From positions 88,529 to 152,528 of the forward strand of contig JBNKQQ010000024.1 of NCBI GenBank assembly GCA_050295955.1: DNA of 64,000 bases, written 5' to 3'. Every line of letters begins with the position of its first letter. Positions within the stretch are counted from its first letter, which is position 1. A program made the position numbers and the translations under genes. Of the stretch, positions 39,109 to 51,815 are shown one piece after another. This DNA is from Thiohalomonadales bacterium (GTDB lineage Bacteria > Pseudomonadota > Gammaproteobacteria > RBG-16-57-12). The notes under the pieces were generated by a model. It saw nothing but the letters and a program-made list of their open reading frames with translations. It did not search any database and was not told where the DNA came from.

Positions 39109-40260
39109 CTAAGTCAGATACCCAGGATTGAACAATTTTTCATATTCTGCAATTGCATATCGGTCCGTCATGCCCGCAATGTAATCCGCCACGATACGCG
39201 CCTGTCCTAGCTCACCATCGACGCTTGCACTCTGGCAGAGACGCAACTGAAAGTCAGGGGGAAGCAGACAACTTTCTGACATAAATACATCGAATAGTGA
39301 CCTCACCACCTGTTGCGCCTTGTGCGACATGCGCTTCACACGATAATTGCGGTATAAGTTGGCTCTCAGAAAGCGCTTTAATTGCTGATTTTCTTCTGCC
39401 ATCGCATCACTAAAACCAATTAAAGGTTCTGCATGTTTACGTACCTCATCAGCACAAGCAGGCATCAGCTCGTCCAAGCGCTGGCGACTGGTGGTAATAA
39501 GATCAGTCACTTGCTGATTGATCATGCGACGAATTACTTCATGTATGCAGCGACGCTGAGGAATATTTGGATATCGCTCCATGACTTTTGCATATTGCTC
39601 TGCAAAAATAGGCAATTCCTTTAACCCTTCAAGGGTCAGCATTCCGGCCCTCAAACCATCATCAACATCATGATTATTATAGGCAATTTCATCTGCCACA
39701 TTGGCCAGCTGCGCCTCCAAGCTTGGCTGCCTCCCTTCGAGAAAGCGCAAACCCACCTCACCCAGCGCCTTTGCATTCCCATGTGAACAGTGCTTTAAAA
39801 TCCCTTCGCGTGTCTCAAAAGTCAGGTTCAAACCAGGAAATTCGGCATACTTATCCTCCAACTCATCGACCACCCGCAGGGATTGCTGATTATGCTCAAA
39901 CCCACCATAGGGTTTCATGCAGGCATTTAATGCATCCTGACCAGAGTGACCAAAAGGGGTATGCCCCAAGTCATGAGCCAACGCTATTGCTTCAGTCAGC
40001 TCCTCATTGAGACTTAGCGCCCTTGCAACTGATCGTCCAAGCTGCGCCACCTCAATAGAGTGTGTGAGGCGTGTGCGAAACATGTCCCCCTCATGATTCA
40101 CAAACACCTGAGTCTTGTATTCGAGACGGCGGAAGGCACCTGAATGGATAATCCGGTCCCGATCACGTTGAAACTCACTGCGATACAGTGGCACTGACTC
40201 CTTATGTCGACGCCCTCGACTCGACTGCTCATCAACTGCATAACACGCCAGATTGGCCAT
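39109..40260 (-). CDS. dgt: dGTPase-like HD-domain protein (deoxyguanosinetriphosphate triphosphohydrolase-like, type 2)
   Basis: 383 aa with the HD motif ...[18 protein letters not shown]...[15 protein letters not shown]. Its start ATG is 2 nt after the aroB stop (TAGTAATG). Confidence 0.85.
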   Translation of the reverse strand: MANLACYAVDEQSSRGRRHKESVPLYRSEFQRDRDRIIHSGAFRRLEYKTQVFVNHEGDMFRTRLTHSIEVAQLGRSVARALSLNEELTEAIALAHDLGHTPFGHSGQDALNACMKPYGGFEHNQQSLRVVDELEDKYAEFPGLNLTFETREGILKHCSHGNAKALGEVGLRFLEGRQPSLEAQLANVADEIAYNNHDVDDGLRAGMLTLEGLKELPIFAEQYAKVMERYPNIPQRRCIHEVIRRMINQQVTDLITTSRQRLDELMPACADEVRKHAEPLIGFSDAMAEENQQLKRFLRANLYRNYRVKRMSHKAQQVVRSLFDVFMSESCLLPPDFQLRLCQSASVDGELGQARIVADYIAGMTDRYAIAEYEKLFNPGYLT

Positions 40261-40262
40261 TA

Positions 40263-41366
40263 CTATGCGATTCCACCTCTCGATGAGAGGGCATGATGTG
40301 CCTCTAGAGTCTCCAACAACATCTCTTGCGGAAAGTCACTACTGATGACGGATTCACCAAATGATTTCATCAACACTAGCCGAAGTTGGCCTTCCATAAC
40401 CTTCTTATCAACCGCCATCAACGACATAAATTTATCACTCGTCATTGCCGCTGGGCTTCTCGTTGGCAGTCCCGCATGATCAATCAGCTTGTCAATACGC
40501 TTTATATCATCCTCAGACAACCAGCCAAGCCGCATAGAAAGATCTGCTGCCATCAACATGCCTACCGCCACTGCCTCGCCATGCAGCCACTCACCGTAGC
40601 CCATCCCCGTTTCAATGGCATGCCCAAAAGTGTGCCCAAGGTTTAATAAGGCCCGAACACCACCCTCAAGCTCATCTGCTGCGACAATATCGGCCTTATC
40701 CTGACAAGATCGCGCTATTGCATAAGCCAAAGCTTCTGGCTCCCTTGCTAATAATTTATCAATATTCTGCTCTATCCAAGCAAAAAACGGCTCATCATTA
40801 ATCAGACCATATTTTATAACTTCGGCAATTCCAGCACTTAGCTGCCGATCTTCCAGTGTATTCAGCGTATCGGTATCCGCAATAACACACTGTGGCTGAT
40901 GAAATGCGCCAATCATATTTTTGCCGAGAGGATGATTAACACCGGTCTTACCTCCCACCGAAGAATCAACCTGAGAGAGTAGTGTCGTAGGGATTTGAAT
41001 AAAAGGCACACCTCGCTGATAGCATGCGGCAGCAAAACCGGTCATATCACCGACAACGCCACCACCCAACGCAATAAGGGTAACCTTACGGCTAAAGCGT
41101 TTTTCCAGTAAGACATCAAAAACTTGGTTTACAACATCAAGATTTTTATAAGATTCCCCATCTGGCAGCACAACACTTTCTACCCGTTTACCTTTCAGAG
41201 CATCTAGCACTTTCTGCAAGTAAAGCGGAGCCACCGTCTCATTAGTAACAATTAAAACTTCACTACCAACAATATGCGAAGCAATCAACTCTGCATTACC
41301 CAACAGATCCTGACCTATATAGATCGGATAGCTACGCTCACCTAAATCAACAGTTAAGGTTTTCAT
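40263..41366 (-). CDS. aroB: 3-dehydroquinate synthase
   Basis: 367 aa, with ...[50 protein letters not shown]. Confidence 0.9.
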   Translation of the reverse strand: MKTLTVDLGERSYPIYIGQDLLGNAELIASHIVGSEVLIVTNETVAPLYLQKVLDALKGKRVESVVLPDGESYKNLDVVNQVFDVLLEKRFSRKVTLIALGGGVVGDMTGFAAACYQRGVPFIQIPTTLLSQVDSSVGGKTGVNHPLGKNMIGAFHQPQCVIADTDTLNTLEDRQLSAGIAEVIKYGLINDEPFFAWIEQNIDKLLAREPEALAYAIARSCQDKADIVAADELEGGVRALLNLGHTFGHAIETGMGYGEWLHGEAVAVGMLMAADLSMRLGWLSEDDIKRIDKLIDHAGLPTRSPAAMTSDKFMSLMAVDKKVMEGQLRLVLMKSFGESVISSDFPQEMLLETLEAHHALSSRGGIA

Positions 41367-41407
41367 TTAACACACTGCCCAACATTCAATCATCACTGAC
41401 GCATCGC

Positions 41408-41959
41408 TTATCTAGGCGACTCCAGCCACTCAACTATCTCTTTGATAACAGCTTTTACGCTACGCCCACCGGTATTCACCACAATATTAGCCACCTCTCT
41501 ATATAGCGGATCTCTTTGCATCAAAAGCTCTCTAATTCGCTGCTCTGGATTTTCTGTTTGCAAAAGAGGCCTTTTGGCGTCTTTGGAGGTTCGCTCTAAT
41601 AGCTGCTCAATATCTGCACTCAAATAAATAACGGCAGCATTTTGACTCAAAACGTCTCTATTTAAAGGGTTAATGACAGCCCCTCCACCCGTCGCAATGA
41701 CTAAGCCCCGCTGCACACTTAACTCCTCGATCATGCCAGCCTCACGACGACGAAATCCCTCTTCACCTTCCAGCTCGAATATCAAAGGGATATCCACTCC
41801 TGTGCGCTTTTCTATTTCCCGGTCACTATCCTTAAACTTCAACCTAAGGCTCTTTGCCAATTGACGTCCTATTGTAGTCTTACCAACGCCCATCGGGCCT
41901 ACCAGTACAATATTAGGCTTGCCATGAAATGAGCGTGACACAACTTTTCCTTTCCCCAT
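41408..41959 (-). CDS. aroK: Shikimate kinase
   Basis: Walker A IVLVGPMGVGKTTIGRQLA. The ORF track extends to 42019 and overlaps pilQ, so an internal start near MGKGK is preferred. Confidence 0.8.
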   Translation of the reverse strand: MGKGKVVSRSFHGKPNIVLVGPMGVGKTTIGRQLAKSLRLKFKDSDREIEKRTGVDIPLIFELEGEEGFRRREAGMIEELSVQRGLVIATGGGAVINPLNRDVLSQNAAVIYLSADIEQLLERTSKDAKRPLLQTENPEQRIRELLMQRDPLYREVANIVVNTGGRSVKAVIKEIVEWLESPR

Positions 41960-41999
41960 AATGACTGGGCGGCCCTCAGGCCGCCCGTTTACCATATAC

Positions 42000-44534
42000 T
42001 TATTGGATACTGACCCCATCTTTAAGTATCTTCGGCGTTACAAAGATTAAGAGCTCTATCTTATCATCTTCTTTTGCCGTGTTTCTGAATAACATACCCA
42101 ATATGGGTAGATCACCTAACAGAGGCACTTTATTCACCTCCTCCCTGGTCGTCTGCTCGTAAACGCCGCCAAGCACAACGGTATCCCCATTATTCACAAG
42201 TACCTGAGTCGTCACTTCTTTTGTATCAATGCTTGGAACATTGGAAAAGATTTCACCGACGGAGTCCTTACTAACCCTCAAATCCATCAACACCCTATCA
42301 TCAGGAGTGATCTGTGGCGTTACTGTCAAACTTAAAACTGCCTTCTTAAATGATACAGTCGCAGCCCCACTGGAAGAGGCCTCTAAATAAGGAATTTCTG
42401 TACCTTGCTCAATCAGTGCTTCCTTGCCATTGGAAGTCACAACTCGAGGACTTGAAACAATCTCACCCCGACCTTCAACCTGCAATGCAGAAAGCTCTAA
42501 ATCGAGCAGCGTTCCCCCACTTAAGATCGACAACGCAAATTTACCTGCACTTCCCGTAGTCACAGGCATATTCACGTTGAGCCGATCCTGGTAACTTGGG
42601 GTACCGCTAGCGCCCGTTGGAATCTCTATTCCATTGATATCGGGATCAAGTGCAGAGTTCACCATCGTCGAACCTGTTGCCACAGCCGTGCCAGAGGTCA
42701 TAAACAGATTATCACCCTGCTGATCATAGCCTGTCACACCAAATCTAGCCCCCAGGTCTCTAGAGAAGTCACTGGTCGCGATCACAATTCGGGAATCAAT
42801 CATCACTTGACGAATTGGGATATCAAGCTTGCTCAGCAATTGGCGAATATTCTCCCTTTTTTCAGCGACATCAGTCACCAATATGGTATTAGTGCGCTCA
42901 TCGACCGAGACTTTACCTCGCTCAGACAACAACCCCTCCCCACCATCTTCACTTGTCAACAAACTAACCAACTCACTCGCCTTAGCATAATTAACCTGCA
43001 TGAGCTCTGTGCGCACAGGCTCAAGACTCTCTAGCTGCCGCTGAGCCTCAAGCTCCATCTTTTCACGTGTGGCAACTTCTTCACTTGGTGCCACCAAGAT
43101 AACATTACCCTCTTGGCGCATTGCCAAACCCTTGGTCTTCAAAATAATCTCCAAAGCCTGATCCCAAGGTACATTCTTAAGTCTTAATGTTAAATTCCCA
43201 TCAACCGTATCACTCGCCACCATATTGAGGCCTGTAAAATCGGCAATTAGCTGCAATACCGCCCTAACCTCAATATCCTGAAAATTAAGCGATAATTTAT
43301 CACCGATGTACTCACCCTTTTTCTCGCCAAGCGCAGCCCGCTGCTCAGGTTTTTTAACCTCAAGTGTAAATCGCTTATCTGTTTGGAAGGCTAAATGCTC
43401 GAAATCTTCTTTCATGTGGACTACCAAGCGGGTTCTTGTTTTGTCCATTTGGGCATCAATAAACTCTACTGGTGTCGCAAAATCTAACACATCATAGCGC
43501 TGCGCTAGCTCATCCGGAAGGTTGGTATTAATGAAATCGACAATTAGCTTAGTACCTACCATACGAGTGTCAGTGATTACGTTCTGGTCAGAAAGCTCGA
43601 CAACAACCTGTCCCTGCCCATCTTCGCCTCGACGGAAATCGATTCCACTAACAGCATGAACCCTATCAGCCGCCAACTGCCCCAGATCAGCATAGGGGCT
43701 TTCAAGTACAACCTGCAACTCGCTACCAACAGCATCCGCTTCATAGCTTACATTATCCACCAACTCTATTATGACGCGGGTGCGATCACCTGCCTGGACA
43801 GCAGTGACATTCCTAACAGCGCCTGCACCAACAGGCAATGATGAACGAACAACCTCACTATCCACCTTGGGTAAATCAAAAATAAGTCTCGATGGGTTAT
43901 CAATCATAAATGCATTGGGCTTTGGAGCCTCTCCATCAAACTGCATCCTGATTTGCACTCTGTTCCCAGCAAGAGACTGGAACTTAATATCTTTCAAAAT
44001 ATTGACTGACATACTTACTTCAGTGCTTTCCTGAGCATCGCGCTGATCAGCCATCTCAACCACGTCATCCTCCACCACTTCCACTGGCTCAACGGACACG
44101 ACTTCTTCAACCGCTACAGATGATTCGGCCTGAGCAATTTCATTACCAAGCTTGATAAACAGACTGCCATTTTCAACGCGACTCTCATAACCAACCAATT
44201 TGTCCAAATTGATTACAACCCGGGTACGTCCACTCGCTTCAACAGCCGTCACACTTTGTGCGTTAACCCCCCCCTTTATCTTCAGGGGCAACGTCCATGG
44301 GAGCTGGTTTTTCACCCCAACAAAATCAAAGGTAATGCGCGCAGGCTCCTCGCTAGTAAAATAACTTGGGGTAGGTATATCACCTTGAAAATTCAGCTGA
44401 AGCTCAACTGGCTCACCTTGGTCAGCTTTATAACCAATGTAAACTAGAGACGAGCCTTCCTCATCAGCAGCAAACACCTCTCCGACCATTATTAATGTCA
44501 TACTTATCGCGATAGAAAGAAGTAACTGCCTCAT
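42000..44534 (-). CDS. pilQ: Type IV pilus secretin
   Basis: Two N-terminal AMIN-like beta domains, N0/N1 domains and a secretin C-domain (…VPLLGDLPILGMLFR…). The preferred start is MRQLLLSIAISMTLIMVGEVFA, a signal peptide. The ORF track shows an in-frame upstream extension to 44636. Confidence 0.9.
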   Translation of the reverse strand: MRQLLLSIAISMTLIMVGEVFAADEEGSSLVYIGYKADQGEPVELQLNFQGDIPTPSYFTSEEPARITFDFVGVKNQLPWTLPLKIKGGVNAQSVTAVEASGRTRVVINLDKLVGYESRVENGSLFIKLGNEIAQAESSVAVEEVVSVEPVEVVEDDVVEMADQRDAQESTEVSMSVNILKDIKFQSLAGNRVQIRMQFDGEAPKPNAFMIDNPSRLIFDLPKVDSEVVRSSLPVGAGAVRNVTAVQAGDRTRVIIELVDNVSYEADAVGSELQVVLESPYADLGQLAADRVHAVSGIDFRRGEDGQGQVVVELSDQNVITDTRMVGTKLIVDFINTNLPDELAQRYDVLDFATPVEFIDAQMDKTRTRLVVHMKEDFEHLAFQTDKRFTLEVKKPEQRAALGEKKGEYIGDKLSLNFQDIEVRAVLQLIADFTGLNMVASDTVDGNLTLRLKNVPWDQALEIILKTKGLAMRQEGNVILVAPSEEVATREKMELEAQRQLESLEPVRTELMQVNYAKASELVSLLTSEDGGEGLLSERGKVSVDERTNTILVTDVAEKRENIRQLLSKLDIPIRQVMIDSRIVIATSDFSRDLGARFGVTGYDQQGDNLFMTSGTAVATGSTMVNSALDPDINGIEIPTGASGTPSYQDRLNVNMPVTTGSAGKFALSILSGGTLLDLELSALQVEGRGEIVSSPRVVTSNGKEALIEQGTEIPYLEASSSGAATVSFKKAVLSLTVTPQITPDDRVLMDLRVSKDSVGEIFSNVPSIDTKEVTTQVLVNNGDTVVLGGVYEQTTREEVNKVPLLGDLPILGMLFRNTAKEDDKIELLIFVTPKILKDGVSIQ

Positions 44535-44596
44535 GCTGACATATCTCCGGTTCGTACTCTTTTTCATTCTAAAAATATTCATATCCCACCCCCGGC

Positions 44597-45151
44597 CTAG
44601 CCTTCTAGCGCCATAGTGATAAAACGCTCTTCCCACCCACCCAATCCATCTGGGACAAGCTCGCGAAGATCAATCTCACTCTCGCCAATTGAGATCACCC
44701 GCCCAAAATCCTTCCCGATATAGTCGCCGACTTTTACCGGCACCACATCACCATCCGGCGTCTTCACCAGGCCTGTAGATTCATCACCCAGCTTCATACT
44801 ACCAATAAAGCGAAGGCCATCGAGAGGGAAATTTTCCAAATAAGTTCTTTCCCGCTCCAGGTCAGGCCCACCGATTCCACTGCCACTCATGCTTGGCGCC
44901 ACTTTCTCACCCGAAAAAGAGGGACGAAGTGGATCTCGTTTAGTATCCGACTGATATAAATAAGCATCATAGATAATGGGATCGGGCAGCGGCTCAATTC
45001 TACCGGCCGGGCGGCTTTTAACATTCTCCACATAGGCCTGAAGATCATCATTCTCAGCATTCTCACATGCCGAGAGCATAAATCCTACCAAGAGAATGAG
45101 AGATGCTTTATATCCATAATAAAGCCATTTATGTTTTCTGACACTATTCAT
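44597..45151 (-). CDS. pilP: Type IV pilus assembly lipoprotein PilP
   Basis: 184 aa with lipobox LSAC. Its position between pilO and pilQ fits the operon. Confidence 0.75.
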   Translation of the reverse strand: MNSVRKHKWLYYGYKASLILLVGFMLSACENAENDDLQAYVENVKSRPAGRIEPLPDPIIYDAYLYQSDTKRDPLRPSFSGEKVAPSMSGSGIGGPDLERERTYLENFPLDGLRFIGSMKLGDESTGLVKTPDGDVVPVKVGDYIGKDFGRVISIGESEIDLRELVPDGLGGWEERFITMALEG

Positions 45152-45164
45152 TCATAGCCCCTTA

Positions 45165-45812
45165 TCACTTCTTCCGCCCTGGCTTTTTTGCCTTTGGCTT
45201 ACCACTTTTAGCCACCTCGTCCTCATCAAGATAACGGTAAGTCTTTGCCTGGGCCTCCATTATGAAACCCATCTCACTCCCAGGAAGCTCTCCTATGCTA
45301 AAATCGTGTAACGTAACAATCCGTGGCAGCTGTGCGACATCGCTGACAAAACGACCAAACTGGTGATATTCGCCTAGAACTTCAAGCTGGATAGGTAACT
45401 CTGCATAAAACTCTAGCGGCTTTTCACTCTCTGGTTGGAAGCGTTGAAAATTCAGACCATTTATAGCCCCAGCAGCAGATACTTCTGACAACAGGTCTGC
45501 CACCTCCGTTTTACTTGGCAGCTGCCGCAGCAAAGCACCAAACGTACGCTCAATCTCTGCCATCTGCTCCTTGTATGCATTCAATTTAGCCGCCTTTGCG
45601 TACTTTGCCTCGAAATCCGCTTTCAATCTCACTTCCTTCGATTTTTCCGCGTCCAGCTGATCAAGCTGAGGCTTAATTACCACAAAATAACCTGCGACAA
45701 GGACAGCAACACAAACAATCGCAATCAAAATAATCCGGATAACTAACGGCCATGAACCAATATTATTCGGGTCAAGCGCATTAAGGCCTTTAAGATCTGC
45801 GGCTAAACTCAT
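45165..45812 (-). CDS. pilO: Type IV pilus assembly protein PilO
   Basis: 215 aa with one N-terminal TM and a coiled coil. Its order fits the pilMNOPQ operon. Confidence 0.75.
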   Translation of the reverse strand: MSLAADLKGLNALDPNNIGSWPLVIRIILIAIVCVAVLVAGYFVVIKPQLDQLDAEKSKEVRLKADFEAKYAKAAKLNAYKEQMAEIERTFGALLRQLPSKTEVADLLSEVSAAGAINGLNFQRFQPESEKPLEFYAELPIQLEVLGEYHQFGRFVSDVAQLPRIVTLHDFSIGELPGSEMGFIMEAQAKTYRYLDEDEVAKSGKPKAKKPGRKK

Positions 45813-46386
45813 TTTTTGCCCTCCTCCGCTGCACCGATGACATCAACCTGATCAACAGTAAGAGTAAATCGGCTGCCTTGATCACCTTCTTCAGGCGCTC
45901 CCTGCACCGCGTCAATGACAATCAGACGAGGATTATCAAACCATTTGGAAGCATCAAGATTTCGCATAAAGCTTGAGACACGGGCATTGGATTGGGCACG
46001 TCCAATAATCGTTACAACATTTCCCCTACGCTCAACAGTAGTAAAATAGACCCCTTCCGGTATCGCAAACACCAACTCATCAAACATGTGCACAATACCA
46101 GGGCGACTACGCTGTAGTTCCTGGATAACTCCCATGCGCTGAATCAAGGACTCCTTCTCAGATTCTAACTGTTTGATCTCATCAATCATCCCCTGTAGCA
46201 CCTTGATCTCTCTGTCAAGATAGCCATTCCTTGACTCTTGGCTACTGATCATATTTCCAACTTGAATCCATCCAGCCCCAACAATTACTGCCATCAGGAT
46301 CGCAGCCAAAGCTGTAAGCTGAATAAAATCTTTCTGTTTTTCTTTGCGCTCATTCTCGCGCCATGGCAATAAATTTATGCGCGCCA

Positions 46387-46387
<1 letters not shown>
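45809..46387 (-). CDS. pilN: Type IV pilus assembly protein PilN
   Basis: 192 aa with an N-terminal INLLPWRE motif and a TM segment. It overlaps pilO by 4 bp. Confidence 0.75.
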
Positions 46388-47550
<1,163 letters not shown>

Positions 47551-47653
47551 CTAATCAAGAGATTTGCAAAATAATTAAATGCTTTCTGTTAACTAGGTCT
47601 AGAATAGGGAATTCTGCCGTAATGGCAAGCCAAATCCATTTGCGAACTGCACT

Positions 47654-50089
47654 ATGTTAAAGAGAATTATTCTTAAAACCCTCAAATATTCCACTGCCCT
47701 TGGGCTCTTACTCATAGCGGCAGCAAGTGCCTACGTCTATACAGCCGTCATCCCTAAACTTCCCAGCATCGACTCTGTAAGAGATGTCCGCCTACAAGTT
47801 CCCATGCGCATCTTCTCTAACGATGGCCTGCTTATCGCCGAATACGGAGAAAAAAAGCGCACACCATTAAGCTTTGAGCAAACCCCAGAGCAGATGATAC
47901 AGGCAATCCTTGCAGCCGAAGATGACCGTTTCTTTGAGCATCCTGGCGTTGACTACCAAGGCATCTTACGGGCAGTTGGCACCCTGCTGTTAACAGGGGA
48001 AAAAAGCCAAGGCGGCAGCACCATAACCATGCAGGTAATCCGCAACTATTTCCTCACCCGCGAAAAAACCTATTTACGCAAGCTGAATGAAATTCTCCTA
48101 TCACTAAAGATTGAGAAAGCTCTCAGCAAAGAGGAAATTCTGGAGCTTTATCTCAATAAAATCTTTCTTGGCAACCGCGCCTACGGTTTTGGCGCTGCCG
48201 CACAAGTCTATTACGGCAAACCAATCCATCAGCTAACCCTACCCCAAATGGCCATGCTGGCAGGTCTACCCAAAGCGCCTTCCCGCTATAATCCCATTGC
48301 GAACCTCGATCGTGCGACTTTACGTCGCGATTATGTACTTCGCCGCATGCTGGAACTCGGTTATATCGACCAAGCTTCTTTTCAGAATGCCATCAATACT
48401 CCTGATGACTCTCAGCTATATACTCAGCCTATACAGGTTGACGCACCTTATGTCGCCGAAATGGTTCGCGCCGAACTATACAACCAATACGGCAATAGAG
48501 CCTACACTGACGGCATTCAAGTCTACACCACCCTGAAAAGTGATCGACAACTAGCAGCAAATGCTGCATTACAAAACGCTCTTCTAAACTATGAGCGCCG
48601 CCATGGCTACCGTGGTCCTCTAGGACATATCGAACTCAATATGAAGGATAGCAATGAACAGGAACTGTTGCAGAAAATTGCTGAATTAAATTCAACAAAA
48701 CCACTAGATATTGCCGTTGTAACCGAAGTAGCCGACCAATATGTCACCGCGCTAACCAAAACCAATGGGGCAATCCAAATTAATTGGGAAGAATTAAAGT
48801 GGGCAAGGCAAGCGGCGACAGAAACTCGCGGGCTTGGCCCAGCACCGAAAAAACCTCAGGAAGTTCTCAGTATTGGTGACATTATCGAAGTACAACAGCT
48901 CACCAACGAAAAATGGGGACTTGCTCAAACACCACAGATTGAAGGAACCTTTGTTGCTCTCAGCCCAGTTACTGGTGCCATCCAAGCACTTGTAGGTGGA
49001 TATGATTTCTACCGCAGCAAATTCAATCGAGCGGTTCAAGGCACTCGTCAACCGGGCTCGAACTTCAAGCCTTTCATTTACACTGCAGCGCTAGATAAAG
49101 GCTATACACCTGCCACCCTCATCAACGACGCCCCTGTGGTTTTTGAAGACGATGCTCTGGAGACCATGTGGCGCCCTGAAAACTACAGCGGAAAATTCTT
49201 TGGACCAACCCGTATGCGTGAAGCGCTAATCCACTCACGCAATCTGGTTTCGATCCGCATCCTGCAAGATATCGGTATACAGTACGCAATCAATTATGCT
49301 GAAAGATTTGGCCTGGACCGTGGGCAGCTTCCCAAAGATTTATCCTTGGCATTGGGAAGCGCCTCACTTTCACCATTGCAAATCGCCACTGGCTACGCAA
49401 CCTTAGCTAATGGCGGTTTCAAAATTGAGCCCTACTACATCGATCGAATCATTGGTGGTGATGGAAACATTTTGCAACAAGCCACCCCTCGCTTTGCCTG
49501 CACCGACTGCTTGCCAGAGGAGAGTGAACACCTGAGCAACGAAAACAGTCACTTTGCTCCCCGAGTCATTTCGTCACAGACTATTTATCAAATAAACTCC
49601 ATCCTTAAAGATGTGGTGAAGCGAGGAACGGGAAGACGCGCATTACGCCTCGGCAGAGACGATCTCCACGGAAAAACCGGCACCACCAATGACCAATTTG
49701 ATGCTTGGTTCTCTGGATTCAGTCCCGCACAGATTGCCACCGCCTGGGTAGGTTTTGATCAACCACAAGCCTTAGGAAGCCGAGAGACAGGGGGGCGTGC
49801 AGCGCTACCTATGTGGATTGATTATATGGAACAAGCATTAAAGGGCATTCCTGACTTTGACCTCCCCCAACCACCTGGCATGATCACAGTTCGCATCGAT
49901 CCTGTTACGGGCAAACTTGCCCACAGTAATGATAGTGATGCCATCTTCGAAACCTTCCGTGCAGAGCATGTACCACACGAAATGGCACCAAAGCCACAAT
50001 TAGAACAAGTTGAGCACCACCCAGAAAATAGCAGCGCAGCCCCCGGAGAAGCAACGCCACCACCTCCTGCTGATGAGGAGTTATTCTGA
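47654..50089 (+). CDS. mrcA: Penicillin-binding protein 1A (bifunctional transglycosylase/transpeptidase)
   Basis: 811 aa. GT51 motifs (EDDRFFEHPGVD, ...GGSTITMQV) plus a transpeptidase region (SxxK ...GSNFKPF, KTGTT). Divergent from pilM, as in Pseudomonas ponA. Confidence 0.9.
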   Translation: MLKRIILKTLKYSTALGLLLIAAASAYVYTAVIPKLPSIDSVRDVRLQVPMRIFSNDGLLIAEYGEKKRTPLSFEQTPEQMIQAILAAEDDRFFEHPGVDYQGILRAVGTLLLTGEKSQGGSTITMQVIRNYFLTREKTYLRKLNEILLSLKIEKALSKEEILELYLNKIFLGNRAYGFGAAAQVYYGKPIHQLTLPQMAMLAGLPKAPSRYNPIANLDRATLRRDYVLRRMLELGYIDQASFQNAINTPDDSQLYTQPIQVDAPYVAEMVRAELYNQYGNRAYTDGIQVYTTLKSDRQLAANAALQNALLNYERRHGYRGPLGHIELNMKDSNEQELLQKIAELNSTKPLDIAVVTEVADQYVTALTKTNGAIQINWEELKWARQAATETRGLGPAPKKPQEVLSIGDIIEVQQLTNEKWGLAQTPQIEGTFVALSPVTGAIQALVGGYDFYRSKFNRAVQGTRQPGSNFKPFIYTAALDKGYTPATLINDAPVVFEDDALETMWRPENYSGKFFGPTRMREALIHSRNLVSIRILQDIGIQYAINYAERFGLDRGQLPKDLSLALGSASLSPLQIATGYATLANGGFKIEPYYIDRIIGGDGNILQQATPRFACTDCLPEESEHLSNENSHFAPRVISSQTIYQINSILKDVVKRGTGRRALRLGRDDLHGKTGTTNDQFDAWFSGFSPAQIATAWVGFDQPQALGSRETGGRAALPMWIDYMEQALKGIPDFDLPQPPGMITVRIDPVTGKLAHSNDSDAIFETFRAEHVPHEMAPKPQLEQVEHHPENSSAAPGEATPPPPADEELF

Positions 50090-50097
50090 CAACAAAT

Positions 50098-50127
50098 AAA
50101 AAAGCGGCTTAATTCCGCTTTTTTATT
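50098..50127. terminator. Bidirectional terminator between mrcA (+) and the malic enzyme gene (-)
   Basis: AAGCGG-CTTAATT-CCGCTT followed by TTTTATTT, with an A-run on the other side. Confidence 0.55.
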
Positions 50128-50138
50128 TAATGAGCAAG

Positions 50139-51389
50139 TCAGGCTCGCTCAGGATAATGCACTGGATAGGGTAGCCCCGCCACCCCGGTATCCACTGCTG
50201 CCCGGGCTACCGCCGCAGAAACGTACTCCATTAAACGAGGATCCAACGGTTTTGGAATAATGTAGTCGGGACCAAAGTCCATACTATCAGCCTTATACGC
50301 CTCTAAAACCACTTGCGGTACAGGCTCATGGGCTAGCTCACAAAGCGCCCTCACCGCAGCGACTTTCATCTCTTCATTTATCGCCTTAGCACGCACATCC
50401 AATGCACCGCGGAAGATAAAGGGGAAGCCAAGTACGTTATTTACCTGATTAGGGTAATCACTGCGCCCTGTGGCCATAATTAGATCATCGCGCACCGCAT
50501 TCGCCACTTCTGGGCGAATCTCAGGATCTGGATTAGAGAGGGCAAATACAATCGGCTTGGCCGCCATGCTGAGCAACATCTCTTTGCTCACCAAATCAGG
50601 GCCAGAAACACCAATGAAAACATCCGCCCCCGTCATGGCATCCTCCAGCGTGACATCATCGGTCTCAATCGCAAACGCCTGCTTGTACTCGTTCAGGTCA
50701 TCACGACCACTTCGAATCACACCTTTGCGGTCAATTAAACGCAAGTTCTCACGCTTAGCCCCAAGGGAAATCAATAAATCCATCGAGGCAATTCCCGCAG
50801 CACCCGCCCCCAAACAGACAATCTTGGCATCGCCTACAGATTTACCCTGCAGCTCCAGAGCATTCAGTAGTCCCGAAGCAATAATAATCGCCGTACCATG
50901 CTGATCATCATGAAATACTGGGATATCCAGCTTTTCAATCAATGCCTTCTCAATCTCAAAACAGTGAGGTGCGGCAATATCCTCCAGATTGATACCACCA
51001 AAGGTAGTCGCGATACGCTCGACCGTTTCGATGAATTGCTCAGGAGTTTCGCTATCCACTTCGATATCAAACACATCGATGTCCGCAAAACGCTTAAACA
51101 GTACCGCCTTTCCCTCCATCACGGGCTTGCCAGCTAATGCCCCTACATTGCCCAACCCCAGCACTGCAGTACCGTCTGTAATGACTGCCACGAGATTACC
51201 TTTCGCGGTATATTTGAAAGCATCCTCTTTGTCTGCCGCAATGGCTCGTACCGGCTCTGCCACCCCTGGCGTATAAGCAAGGGAGAGATCGTGCTGACTG
51301 GCACAGGGCTTGGTCACATTGATACCCAATTTTCCGGGCTTAGGCTTCGCATGATATTCGAGAGCGGCTTGTTTCAAATCATTACTCAT
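50139..51389 (-). CDS. NAD(P)-dependent malic enzyme (short, ~420-aa type)
   Basis: 416 aa. ...[12 protein letters not shown]... and a Rossmann motif [11 protein letters not shown]. Confidence 0.85.
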   Translation of the reverse strand: MSNDLKQAALEYHAKPKPGKLGINVTKPCASQHDLSLAYTPGVAEPVRAIAADKEDAFKYTAKGNLVAVITDGTAVLGLGNVGALAGKPVMEGKAVLFKRFADIDVFDIEVDSETPEQFIETVERIATTFGGINLEDIAAPHCFEIEKALIEKLDIPVFHDDQHGTAIIIASGLLNALELQGKSVGDAKIVCLGAGAAGIASMDLLISLGAKRENLRLIDRKGVIRSGRDDLNEYKQAFAIETDDVTLEDAMTGADVFIGVSGPDLVSKEMLLSMAAKPIVFALSNPDPEIRPEVANAVRDDLIMATGRSDYPNQVNNVLGFPFIFRGALDVRAKAINEEMKVAAVRALCELAHEPVPQVVLEAYKADSMDFGPDYIIPKPLDPRLMEYVSAAVARAAVDTGVAGLPYPVHYPERA

Positions 51390-51451
51390 GGTACTGGGTT
51401 CCTATAGGGCAGATATGAGCTTAACGTCACATTTGGGAAATAGATAAACGC

Positions 51452-51478
51452 AAAAAGGCGCCGCAAGGGCGCCTTCTT
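51452..51478 (-). terminator. Rho-independent terminator of rpmE
   Basis: GGCGCC-GCAAG-GGCGCC hairpin. On the minus strand it is followed by TTTTTGCG. Confidence 0.55.
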
Positions 51479-51503
51479 CGCGAACTGCAAGACAGCAAGT
51501 TAA

Positions 51504-51704
51504 TTACATTCCGTATTTCTGACGGAACTTATCAACACGACCAGCAGTATCAACCAGTTTCTGCTTACCAGTGTAGAATGGGTGACAAGCAGAGCAAACC
51601 TCCAGAGACAGGTCCTTACCCATAGTTGAACGGGTCTTGAACTCGTTACCGCAGCTGCAGGTTACGTTAATTTCTTCGTATGCTGGATGAGTATCAGCCT
51701 TCAT
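51504..51704 (-). CDS. rpmE: 50S ribosomal protein L31 (Zn-ribbon type)
   Basis: 66 aa, [27 protein letters not shown]...[13 protein letters not shown]. Confidence 0.9.
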   Translation of the reverse strand: MKADTHPAYEEINVTCSCGNEFKTRSTMGKDLSLEVCSACHPFYTGKQKLVDTAGRVDKFRQKYGM

Positions 51705-51815
51705 TTCAATATCCTCGTAGTATTCTTTAGGTTACGCCGCTTCCTGAACACCCTCCAGGCACCGCATAACAAGAACCGCGTATCTTACAGAAACCGGGTG
51801 CATTGTCAACATTTC

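Noticed and set aside
42000-44636. 34-codon N-terminal extension of pilQ (MGRAFYHYGARRLGRGWDMNIFRMKKSTNRRYVS...) overlapping the pilP end
   Set aside because: The signal peptide and typical PilQ start begin at MRQLLLSIAISMTLIMVGEVFA (44534). The extension is Arg-rich with no RBS logic.
50470-51276. Plus-strand ORFs (144, 79, 95 aa) antisense to the malic enzyme gene
   Set aside because: They lie within a conserved CDS on the opposite strand. They are Ser/Ala/Pro-rich antisense artefacts.
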